A DNA stretch of 64,000 nucleotides from a virus (taxonomy: Duplodnaviria; Caudoviricetes). Shown here piece after piece: positions 11,091 to 19,742 of this stretch. Location: positions 1-64,000 of the IMG/VR virus record IMGVR_UViG_3300044305_003112, one strand, 5' to 3'. Positions within the stretch are counted from its first letter, which is position 1. The number at the start of each line of letters is the position of its first letter. The position numbers and the translations under genes are program-made. The notes beneath the pieces were generated by a model, which did no database searches, was not told the DNA's origin, and was given only the letters and a program-made list of their open reading frames with translations.

Positions 11091-12036
11091 TCTTCATACA
11101 TTAATATTTATGGTTAATGAACTACTTGCAAATTTAACAACATCTGTGTTAGGTACTGGAAAAAGAACAGCAAGAGGAAATCAAGCTTATAATTGTCCTT
11201 TTTGTAATCACCACAAACCTAAATTAGAAGTAAATTTTACTGAAAATAAAAAAGGATTAAATCCTTGGCATTGTTGGGTTTGTAATACTAAAGGCAATCG
11301 CCTTTCAACTTTATTTAAAAAAGTAGGAGCATCCCCAGAAAAATTTCAAGAATTAAAATCATTATCAAAAACTGATTATGAGGTTGAAAATATTGTAGTA
11401 AAAAAATCATTAAATTTACCAAAAGAATATAAATCATTATTAGAATCAAAAGACATTATTACTAAACATGCTTTGGTTTATTTAAAAAATAGAGGCATAA
11501 CTAAAGATGATATTGAAAAATATAATATAGGTTATTGTGAAAATGGAAGATATGCTAAAATGATTATAATACCATCTTATGACAGTAAAGGTAATTTAAA
11601 TTACTTTACAGGTCGTTCATTTGAAAAAGACCCATATGTAAAATACAGAAACCCAGAAGCAAGTAGAGATATTATACCTAATGAACATTTAATTAATTGG
11701 AATTTACCTTTAGTTATTTGTGAAGGAATGTTTGATGCCATTGCTATTAAACGTAATGCTATTCCCTTATTAGGTAAAAATATACAATCTACTTTAATGA
11801 AAAAAATAGTAACATCAACTATTAAAAAAATATATATTGCATTAGATAAAGATGCACAAAAACAATCGTTAGATTTTTGTAAAAAATTTATAGATGAAGG
11901 AAAAGAAGTTTATCTTGTTGAATTAAAAGATAAGGATCCCTCAGAAATGGGTTTTGAACAATTTACTAATTTAATTCAAAATACTCTTCCATTAACATAT
12001 TCAAATTTAATGGAAAAGAAAATAATGTTAGCATGA
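11068..12036 (+). CDS. DNA primase (zinc finger + TOPRIM); likely true start 11110
   Basis: CPFCNHH...HCWVC zinc ribbon, YFTGRSF, ICEGMFDAI and ALDKDA TOPRIM motifs, KDPSE. Confidence 0.9.
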   Translation: MTLEIQNNLHTLIFMVNELLANLTTSVLGTGKRTARGNQAYNCPFCNHHKPKLEVNFTENKKGLNPWHCWVCNTKGNRLSTLFKKVGASPEKFQELKSLSKTDYEVENIVVKKSLNLPKEYKSLLESKDIITKHALVYLKNRGITKDDIEKYNIGYCENGRYAKMIIIPSYDSKGNLNYFTGRSFEKDPYVKYRNPEASRDIIPNEHLINWNLPLVICEGMFDAIAIKRNAIPLLGKNIQSTLMKKIVTSTIKKIYIALDKDAQKQSLDFCKKFIDEGKEVYLVELKDKDPSEMGFEQFTNLIQNTLPLTYSNLMEKKIMLA

Positions 12037-12806
12037 AAAAACCCAATATAAAAAAATCTTACAATAGAATTTTAGAAATAAGTGAAGATTCAAAACAAAT
12101 AACGCTACCAGATTCTAGATATTATAGAAGAAATGGTAAATATTATCCATCTATAACTTATGTTTTAAGTTATTATCCTAAAGGAAAACATTTCCAAGAT
12201 TGGTTAAAAAAAGTAGGATACTCAGCCGATTGGATTGTTAAAAAAGCAGGAGAAGAAGGTACTTTAGTACATGAAATGTGTGAAGATTATTTAAATGGTA
12301 AAGAATTAAAGTTCCTAACAGAATCGGGTAATCCTCAATATAATCCTGATATTTGGCAAATGTTTTTAAGATTTGTTGACTTTTGGGAAACACATAACCC
12401 AACATTAATAGAAACAGAAGTACATATATTTTCAGATGAATTAAAAGTAGCAGGTACTTGTGATATGATATGTGAAATAGATGGTGAATTATGGATTATA
12501 GATTTTAAAACATCTAACCATTTACAAACAACATATGAATTACAAACAGCAGTTTATGGTAAATGTTATGAAGAATGTTATGGTAAAAAAGCAGATAGGT
12601 ATGGTATACTTTGGTTAAAATCTTCTAAAAGAAAACCCAAAGAAGGAATGATACAAGGTAAAGGATGGGAAGTATATGAATCAAAAAGAACACAAGAAGA
12701 AAATATTGATATTTTTAACACAGTTAAAAAATTATTTGATTTAGAAAATCCAAGACATTCTCCATCATTCACAGAGTTTAGAACGTCAGCTAAAAGAAAT
12801 TTATGA
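12033..12806 (+). CDS. PD-(D/E)XK exonuclease (phage exonuclease/Cas4-like fold)
   Basis: YPSITYVL, GTLVH, ETEV...VAGTCDMI...IIDFKTS, QTAVY motifs. Confidence 0.85.
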   Translation: MKKPNIKKSYNRILEISEDSKQITLPDSRYYRRNGKYYPSITYVLSYYPKGKHFQDWLKKVGYSADWIVKKAGEEGTLVHEMCEDYLNGKELKFLTESGNPQYNPDIWQMFLRFVDFWETHNPTLIETEVHIFSDELKVAGTCDMICEIDGELWIIDFKTSNHLQTTYELQTAVYGKCYEECYGKKADRYGILWLKSSKRKPKEGMIQGKGWEVYESKRTQEENIDIFNTVKKLFDLENPRHSPSFTEFRTSAKRNL

Positions 12807-12815
12807 TATTTATAA
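12806..12815 (+). promoter_or_regulatory. Late-promoter-like motif ATATTTATAA
   Basis: Upstream of the kinase gene at 12828. Confidence 0.65.
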
Positions 12816-12827
12816 CAAAATTGTATT

Positions 12828-13628
12828 ATGATAAGTTTAACCCAATTATTAAGTGAAGTAGAAAGTGGACCAAAAGCTATAATTTTAGCAGGAGCACCCG
12901 GTGCTGGTAAAGGTTATATTTTAAAAGGATTAGATTTAGGAGGATTAAAAATATTAAATATAGATGATATTTATATTCAAAATTTAAAAAATGCAAATGT
13001 ATCTTTAAATTTAAAAAAATCTTCACCTGAAGAAAGAAGTCTATCAGCCAAAGCAATGGCAGCAGCTAATAAAGAATTTAAAGGTAATGTTGCTTCTACA
13101 ATTGAAAATAAAGAATCATTCATATTAGATGGCACAGGCGCTTCATATAATCAAACTGTTAAATTAAAAAATGAATTAGAAGAAGCAGGATATAATGTAT
13201 TTATGCTTTATGTTTATACTGATTTAGAGCGTTCATTAAAACAAAATCAAGATAGATTTGAAAAATCAGGTGGTAAAGATAGAAGTTTAGCCCCAGCTAT
13301 AGTAATGCGTACATGGAATTCAGTAACTAAAAATCATAGTCCTTATAAAGAATTATTTGGTAATAATTTTGTTTCAGTTGCTAATACTTTAGAAGATGAA
13401 AAAATGGATAATTTAGAAGATATAATAAAAACCTATTTAGATCCTTTTAAACCTCAAAATACAAAACCTAAAGATGAAAAAGCTAAAGCAAGATCTGCTA
13501 AATCAAAAGCAGAATTAGAAGCAGATTTAAAATTATTATTATCTGACGAAGGGGTAAAAGATATTATAAACACATCAGTATCAAGGGAAGAAGCACAATC
13601 AAAAATAAAGACATTTTTAACTAGATGA
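12828..13628 (+). CDS. P-loop kinase (zeta-toxin/AAA_33-like)
   Basis: AIILAGAPGAGKG Walker A, NIDD, FILDGTG, and R...NQDR lid-like motif. Confidence 0.75.
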   Translation: MISLTQLLSEVESGPKAIILAGAPGAGKGYILKGLDLGGLKILNIDDIYIQNLKNANVSLNLKKSSPEERSLSAKAMAAANKEFKGNVASTIENKESFILDGTGASYNQTVKLKNELEEAGYNVFMLYVYTDLERSLKQNQDRFEKSGGKDRSLAPAIVMRTWNSVTKNHSPYKELFGNNFVSVANTLEDEKMDNLEDIIKTYLDPFKPQNTKPKDEKAKARSAKSKAELEADLKLLLSDEGVKDIINTSVSREEAQSKIKTFLTR

Positions 13629-15631
13629 ATGAACTAACAAAAGAATTAGTAAGAGGATTAATGGAAGTAGATGATACTAAAGTAGTTGCTCTTTATGGAG
13701 GTGGTTTTAAACCCCCCATAAGAGGACACTTTAATGTTGTTAAACAAGCTTTAGCTGAATACCCTGAAATTGATGAATTCCGAATTTTTGTTGGAGGATT
13801 AGAAAGAGATGGAATAGATCAAACAGAATCTTTATTAATTTGGGACATTTATAAAAATTATTTACCTCAAAAAGTAAAAATTATACCAGCTAAAAATCCA
13901 ATTGGAGATATTTATAGAGCTCCTAAAAATGATCCTGAATTAGAATTTTATTGGGTTATAGGAAAAAGAGAAGGAGAGGAAGATGATGAATATGATATAA
14001 AAACAAGATCAGCCCCATTAATAACAAACCCAGATAAATACCCAAATTTAAATTTAAAAACTATAACAACATCAGACTCAAATATGAGAGCTAGAAATGC
14101 TAGAAAAGCTTTAACATTAGATTCTGATGAGTTTAAAAATTTTTTACCTCATGAATTAAGTGATGAAGATAAAGAAGAAGTATATAATATAGCATCTACA
14201 AAATTAATAAATGAAAATATTACTAAAAATCAATTAGATTCAATTGAATCATATGCTGATGGTTTATTTAATAAATTAGGAATTGACATCGATTTTACAA
14301 AACATTTTTTTGATAGATTAAATGACATTAGAAATAAAAAACCAATATCAGTAGCTGAATTAATAGGTATATTTAAAAAATTATATAAAAAACACGGTAA
14401 ACCTTTATCAAAAACTGAAGATGATTTAGAAGCTGTTGTAAAAGATTTTAATAAAAATATTAATATTCCTTTTGTAATTGATGTAGATCAAAATGGAATA
14501 GATATGACTGCAAAAACTATAATGAGGAAACAAGATTTTCAAACATCTAATCCAGTTATCCCTTTAGAAGAAAATGCAACATATTCAGATTATATAGATT
14601 ATAAAGGAAAAATAAAAGATTTAACTAAACATATGATAAAAATGGGTTTAAATATTTTACCCCTACCTAAAGTAATATTTTATCATAGTGAAAAATCAAA
14701 TGCTAAAAATTTTTTCGGAAAAACTGCATATTATAACCCTGAAACTAAAACTATAGTATTATATACTGAAGGTAGACATCCAAAAGATATAGTAAGATCA
14801 TTTTCTCATGAAATGATTCATCACATACAAAATTTAGAAGATAGATTAGGTGATATAATGACTACAAATACTAATGAAGATGATGAATTAGATGCAATAG
14901 AAAGAGAAGCATATCAAGAAGGGAATATGATTTTTAGAAATTGGACAGATTCTATTGATGGTGAAATTACTACTGACATAGAAGAAGGAGGTTCATTAAT
15001 TCCTATTAAAGTCGAAAAAACAAAAAAGGATCCATTTGGACTAAATGCTTATGCTTTAGAATTAGCTAAAGGTTTAGAAGAAACTATTGATTTACCTAAC
15101 CATGATGGTAAAGCGGCTCCCTATGGATCAGGTTATAAACCTATAACAGAAGATGAAAAATATACTATATATTCTGATATGGATGGTGTAATAGCTGATT
15201 TTGATACTAGATTTAAACAATTCTCAGATGGAATACCACCATCAGATTATGTAGATAAATTTGGTTTAGAAAAATTTTGGGAATTAATTGATGACGAAGT
15301 AGGAGTTAGATTTTGGACAGGAATTGAATGGATGCCAGGAAGCCAAGAATATTGGGATTACATTAAAAAATACAATCCCATATTACTATCAGCTCCCTCA
15401 CGTAATAATGAATCTAGATTAGGAAAAAGAGTATGGGCAAAACGTAATTTACCGGGTGTTAAATTAATTTTAGCTTTTGCTAATAATAAAAAAAATTATG
15501 CTAATGAAAATTCAATATTAATTGATGATAGAGAAAAAAACATCAATCAATGGAAAGAAGCAGGTGGAATAGGAATTTTACATACTAGTGTAGCTTCAAC
15601 TATTGCTCAATTAAAAGAATTAGGTTTATGA
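13625..15631 (+). CDS. Multidomain fusion: HIGH-type nucleotidyltransferase + putative RNase-like domain + HEXXH metallopeptidase-like + HAD 5'-nucleotidase
   Basis: VALYGGGFKPPIRGH (HIGH-like), FTKHFFDRLND, FSHEMIHHIQ, and YSDMDGVIADF...LIDDREKN (HAD, NT5C-like). Confidence 0.75.
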   Translation: MNELTKELVRGLMEVDDTKVVALYGGGFKPPIRGHFNVVKQALAEYPEIDEFRIFVGGLERDGIDQTESLLIWDIYKNYLPQKVKIIPAKNPIGDIYRAPKNDPELEFYWVIGKREGEEDDEYDIKTRSAPLITNPDKYPNLNLKTITTSDSNMRARNARKALTLDSDEFKNFLPHELSDEDKEEVYNIASTKLINENITKNQLDSIESYADGLFNKLGIDIDFTKHFFDRLNDIRNKKPISVAELIGIFKKLYKKHGKPLSKTEDDLEAVVKDFNKNINIPFVIDVDQNGIDMTAKTIMRKQDFQTSNPVIPLEENATYSDYIDYKGKIKDLTKHMIKMGLNILPLPKVIFYHSEKSNAKNFFGKTAYYNPETKTIVLYTEGRHPKDIVRSFSHEMIHHIQNLEDRLGDIMTTNTNEDDELDAIEREAYQEGNMIFRNWTDSIDGEITTDIEEGGSLIPIKVEKTKKDPFGLNAYALELAKGLEETIDLPNHDGKAAPYGSGYKPITEDEKYTIYSDMDGVIADFDTRFKQFSDGIPPSDYVDKFGLEKFWELIDDEVGVRFWTGIEWMPGSQEYWDYIKKYNPILLSAPSRNNESRLGKRVWAKRNLPGVKLILAFANNKKNYANENSILIDDREKNINQWKEAGGIGILHTSVASTIAQLKELGL

Positions 15632-16203
15632 AAGAAAATATTTTAAAAAAAGAATGGTCAAAAAGAGATGTTAAACGTGCTCGTAATATTCTATCAGGAA
15701 AAACTAACGAACGTACTATTAAAGGAGTAGGTTATTCTAAAAAAAATGAATTCCACAAAGAAGGAGATATTTGGGAAGAAGATGGTAGAAAATGGACTAT
15801 TAAAAATGGATTAAAACAAAACATTACTAAATATGATAAAGTAAAAAAAATGGTAAGAACACCTTTATTTTGTCCTAGTTGTAATAAGTTAATGAAACAT
15901 AAATTTGATCCTGATTTTTTTAGAGTTCATAAAACATGTTATGAATGTTATTTATATTTTGAATCTGAATTAAAGCAAAGGGGCGTTTGGGAAGAATATG
16001 AAAAAAATATACATAATGGAGAATTAAATGCTTTTATAAATGAATTTAAAAATTGGTTTGAAGATCAATTAAATAATGAAACAAATAAATCATTTATTAC
16101 TGAACAAGGTGATGTAGAAAATTGGAAAGGTGGAATAAATAAATCTAGAGCTTTAGAAAGTTTAGAAAAAACAATAAAATATTTAGAAAATTTAAAGAAA
16201 TAA
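15628..16203 (+). CDS. Hypothetical protein with zinc-finger motif
   Basis: CPSC...CYEC, 191 aa. ATGA overlap with the upstream gene. Confidence 0.6.
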   Translation: MKENILKKEWSKRDVKRARNILSGKTNERTIKGVGYSKKNEFHKEGDIWEEDGRKWTIKNGLKQNITKYDKVKKMVRTPLFCPSCNKLMKHKFDPDFFRVHKTCYECYLYFESELKQRGVWEEYEKNIHNGELNAFINEFKNWFEDQLNNETNKSFITEQGDVENWKGGINKSRALESLEKTIKYLENLKK

Positions 16204-16213
16204 AGAAAAATAT

Positions 16214-16223
16214 ATATTTATAA
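16214..16223 (+). promoter_or_regulatory. Late-promoter-like motif ATATTTATAA
   Basis: Upstream of 16239. Confidence 0.65.
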
Positions 16224-16238
16224 AATATAACTATAATT

Positions 16239-16874
16239 ATGAGTGATTTTAATATACATAAATGGAATAAAAGTAGATATTTAAAAGAAGGAAATATCAA
16301 AGAAGATAATTATAAGTTAGTTAATAGTATCTCAAATATAGCAGATATGTATTCATATGGTGAAATATTAGATGCATTAGAGTCATTTTACATCAAAAAT
16401 GATGAACAAAAATCTGCTGAAATAGCAAGAAAACATGCTAAAGAATTTAGAGAATTTTTAGGCCCAGATGAAGAAGAAGATTTATATAATGAATTAAGTA
16501 ATATAGGCATAAATGAAAAAAAAAACTTAAATGAAAGTAGTAAACACCAATTAAATCAATTAAGTTGGGATTTTATATTAAGAGCACTGCCTGGATTTGG
16601 AGAAGAATGGGATGAACTTCATTTAGAAACACCAACTGACGCTGATAGAGTCGTCAGCAATGAGCGTAGCTTTGATATGTGGTTAGAAGATATGGTTAAA
16701 ATGGGATATGGAAAAGAAGAAGTAATTATAGACCCTGAAGGTAAAGATTGGATGGGTAGAGTTAATATACGAAGTGGAGGTGTTAAAATTGTAGGTGATA
16801 AATTTACTAAAGATAAACAAGAATATATTGATGGTAAAGCAGCTACATTAAAAAGTTGGGGTACTACTAATTAA
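16239..16874 (+). CDS. Putative internal head protein
   Basis: Late promoter upstream. YLKE, IKE, INE and LNE protease-type sites. Confidence 0.5.
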   Translation: MSDFNIHKWNKSRYLKEGNIKEDNYKLVNSISNIADMYSYGEILDALESFYIKNDEQKSAEIARKHAKEFREFLGPDEEEDLYNELSNIGINEKKNLNESSKHQLNQLSWDFILRALPGFGEEWDELHLETPTDADRVVSNERSFDMWLEDMVKMGYGKEEVIIDPEGKDWMGRVNIRSGGVKIVGDKFTKDKQEYIDGKAATLKSWGTTN

Positions 16875-16879
16875 AAAAT

Positions 16880-17527
16880 ATGAAATTTTCATCAACTAAA
16901 TTACTAAAAGAAAATAAAATAACTCCTAATCAAGAAGATGAGTTAATGGATATGATGTTATCATACATTAAAGATCCCGATGATGCTGAAAAAAAAATAG
17001 AAGATTACTTATATGGTAATTTAAGTAATGATTATACCCCATTTGATATAAGAACCTTTGGAAATATCCCCTCAGATTTTGAAGATGAAATTATTGCATG
17101 GACAAAAAAACATAATTTAAACGAAGCAGAAGAAGGAGAAAATGATAATAGAGTATCTCAAGCTGAATTAATTCTTCCTAGAGGTAAAAAAGTTGTTTTA
17201 CAAGCAGAAGAAAAAGATTATAAAAGAGGATTAATAGTAGAACTAACAGAAGAAGGAGGATATAAAATAAATTACTGGTATGGTGATGATGTTAAAGTAT
17301 ACCCCGCTGAAGTATTAGTTGATGGAGAATCTATTAAACCTGATGCCAATGAAGTTTATATAAAATTTCATCCTGAATTAGAAGAAGGTACTTGTGGGTA
17401 TGATAAAACAGGAAATATTGACCCAGAAAACACAACATTTAAAACCCCGGGTGGGTTAAAAAGCATACCTGGTGAAAAAAGAACAGAATTAATTAAAAAA
17501 ATAATGGAAAAACTTAAATCTAAATAG
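16880..17527 (+). CDS. Putative internal head protein
   Basis: LLKE, LNE and LEE sites separate small modules. Confidence 0.5.
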   Translation: MKFSSTKLLKENKITPNQEDELMDMMLSYIKDPDDAEKKIEDYLYGNLSNDYTPFDIRTFGNIPSDFEDEIIAWTKKHNLNEAEEGENDNRVSQAELILPRGKKVVLQAEEKDYKRGLIVELTEEGGYKINYWYGDDVKVYPAEVLVDGESIKPDANEVYIKFHPELEEGTCGYDKTGNIDPENTTFKTPGGLKSIPGEKRTELIKKIMEKLKSK

Positions 17528-17535
17528 ATTTTAAC

Positions 17536-17548
17536 ATATTTATAAATA
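17536..17548 (+). promoter_or_regulatory. Late-promoter-like motif ATATTTATAAATA
   Basis: Upstream of 17562. Confidence 0.7.
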
Positions 17549-17561
17549 AAAATATACAATC

Positions 17562-18419
17562 ATGAGTGAATTTAACTATAAAGATTATTTAAAAAACAAT
17601 CCTCTTTTAAAAAATGAAAAAGAGTCTTTAAAAGAAGAAGTTAAAAAGTCTTCATCTAAGATAACAATATCTGAATTAAAGAAAAAAATTAAAGAAAAAA
17701 TACTAAAAGAATCTGATGCTGTGTCTTGGAAATATAATAATAATCCAACAAAAGGAGGCACTTTAGATTTAGACCCTAAAAAAGTAGGAAAGTCAACAGT
17801 ACAAGAAGACGAAGAAGTAGAAGATACTGAAAATGTTGATGTTAAAGATACTGAAAACGTTGATGTTGACACAGAAACAGACATTGATGTAACAGATGAT
17901 GAATCTGTAGCAGTTGATGATGAATCATCAGAAGCAGAAACAAATATCGATGTTAAAATGCCTGGTGAAGTAAATAAAAATGTTGAATTAATTCAAGGTT
18001 TACTAACCAAAGCTCAACAAACAGCTGAAAAATTAGGTGATGCTAAATTATTAGATCAAATTGGAAATACTATTACTTATTTTACAAGAGCTCATGTTGT
18101 AAAATCTAATGTAGAAGAATCACTTGAAGAAGCAGTTGTTGACTTTGAATTACCCGCACCAATAGCAACTAAAGCAAATCAAATGGTTAAAGATGTTGGT
18201 GATATGGCTAGAATAATATTAGCATTAATAGATCAAATATCAGCAAAAGAACAAGTAAATTTTGATAAAAATGCATTCTTTAAAATAGCTATACAAAAAT
18301 TAACTGATTTAGAACAAAAAGACCAAACAAAATCAGGAGAAGAAGAAGAAGTTGAAACAAAAGAAACAGAAACAGAAGAAACAGAAACAGTAACGTCATC
18401 AGCAACAGAAAAGGTATAA
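17562..18419 (+). CDS. Acidic putative internal head protein
   Basis: Late promoter upstream. SLKE, ILKE, VQE and SLEE sites; D/E/T-rich linkers. Confidence 0.5.
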   Translation: MSEFNYKDYLKNNPLLKNEKESLKEEVKKSSSKITISELKKKIKEKILKESDAVSWKYNNNPTKGGTLDLDPKKVGKSTVQEDEEVEDTENVDVKDTENVDVDTETDIDVTDDESVAVDDESSEAETNIDVKMPGEVNKNVELIQGLLTKAQQTAEKLGDAKLLDQIGNTITYFTRAHVVKSNVEESLEEAVVDFELPAPIATKANQMVKDVGDMARIILALIDQISAKEQVNFDKNAFFKIAIQKLTDLEQKDQTKSGEEEEVETKETETEETETVTSSATEKV

Positions 18420-18420
18420 A

Positions 18421-19269
18421 ATGTTAAAAGAGCGTAAACTTACCAAAGCAGAACTTGATAAGCGTGAGGACATCATCATGAATATGAAGAAAAATAAACG
18501 CGATTTAGTTAAAAAATATGGTAAGGACGCTGAAGCAGTAATGTATGGTAGAGCTACTAATATAGCTAAAAAAACAACAGAATCAATGGCAATTAATAAT
18601 CGATTAAGAGAAATGGTCAAAACAGCTTTATCAACTCCTAAAGTAAAAGAAGCAATAGGTAAGGAAGATGGTGAAGTAGATGATGATCTATCAGTTGGGG
18701 TTTATACTGAAAACCCACCTAAAAAGAAAAAAACTAATGAAGATTTACAATTAGATGAAAATGAACAATTAGTTCAATCTTGTTATATATCAGAAACTAT
18801 AAATGAAGGCCATAAAGGAAAATTAGATTTAGAAGGAAAAATGGCTAGAAAGCAATTAGCAAAAATAGCTAAATATGCTCAACATTTATTTCATATGTTA
18901 GATAATAAATCTCAATTAGAAAGTTGGGTTCAAGCTAAATTAACAAAAGCATCAGATTATATGAGCTCTGTTAAGCATTATTTAGAAGGTGAAGCATTAA
19001 CATCAGCACCTCCTGTTATGAATGAAGATGAAGCTATTAAAGATATAGAAGGAAGAGCGCTAAACATTGGTGATGTAGTAAAATGCCCAGATAATAATGA
19101 GTACCAATGTATGTATTCATATTCTGAAAAATTACCATTTTTATCACCATATGATGGTAAAAAACCTGATTTAATGAATAAAATGTATTTTAAAGATAAA
19201 CCAGAATTTGCTAAAAGATTAGAAAAAGTAAAAGATTATTCTCAAACAAAAGGTGGATTTATTAAGTAA
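18421..19269 (+). CDS. Putative internal head protein, modular
   Basis: MLKE, VKE, ISE, INE and MNE sites flank modules such as EGKMARKQL...LESWVQAKLTKASDY. Confidence 0.5.
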   Translation: MLKERKLTKAELDKREDIIMNMKKNKRDLVKKYGKDAEAVMYGRATNIAKKTTESMAINNRLREMVKTALSTPKVKEAIGKEDGEVDDDLSVGVYTENPPKKKKTNEDLQLDENEQLVQSCYISETINEGHKGKLDLEGKMARKQLAKIAKYAQHLFHMLDNKSQLESWVQAKLTKASDYMSSVKHYLEGEALTSAPPVMNEDEAIKDIEGRALNIGDVVKCPDNNEYQCMYSYSEKLPFLSPYDGKKPDLMNKMYFKDKPEFAKRLEKVKDYSQTKGGFIK

Positions 19270-19271
19270 AT

Positions 19272-19742
19272 ATGACACGACAAGAGTTAAAAGACAAACT
19301 ACGCTTGTTAATAAAACAAGTTTACCCTGCTGTAATGCAATCCGAAACAGCAGTATTAGAGTATGATGAATTAACAAAATTCCCGGAACTTAAAGCAGTA
19401 ATTATCGATCTTTTAACTTATGAGTTCGATAATTTTTTAGCATCTATAGATTGGGTTGCACCTCGTCCTAGTACATTTAGAATTAATTTAAAAAATGGTG
19501 AACTTTTTTATCTAATTTATAATGGTAGAAGTTGGGTAGCTCAAGTAGAAGGGAAAAATTATTATTTATTAAATCTTCCTGAAGAAGAACAAGCAGCTAT
19601 GGCAATAGCTAGAATATTAAGATATGGCTCTCCTGATGCTGAAACTGAAGAAGTAGAGACTACAGAAACAGAAACTGAAGAAACAGAAACAGAAGAAACA
19701 ACTGAAGAACCAGCAGAAGAGCCAGCAGCAGAAGAAGCATAA
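19272..19742 (+). CDS. Hypothetical phage protein with acidic tail
   Basis: 156 aa. MTRQELKDKLRLLIK leader; C-terminal TE/EEPA repeats. Confidence 0.55.
   Translation: MTRQELKDKLRLLIKQVYPAVMQSETAVLEYDELTKFPELKAVIIDLLTYEFDNFLASIDWVAPRPSTFRINLKNGELFYLIYNGRSWVAQVEGKNYYLLNLPEEEQAAMAIARILRYGSPDAETEEVETTETETEETETEETTEEPAEEPAAEEA

Noticed and set aside
12033-12806. Cas4 implying a CRISPR system
   Set aside because: No array or other cas genes in the window; this is the common standalone phage PD-(D/E)XK exonuclease.
18340-19741. GAAACA/GAAACT tandem runs as a CRISPR or regulatory repeat
   Set aside because: Irregular, in-frame codons for Glu/Thr acidic tails, with no repeat-spacer periodicity.
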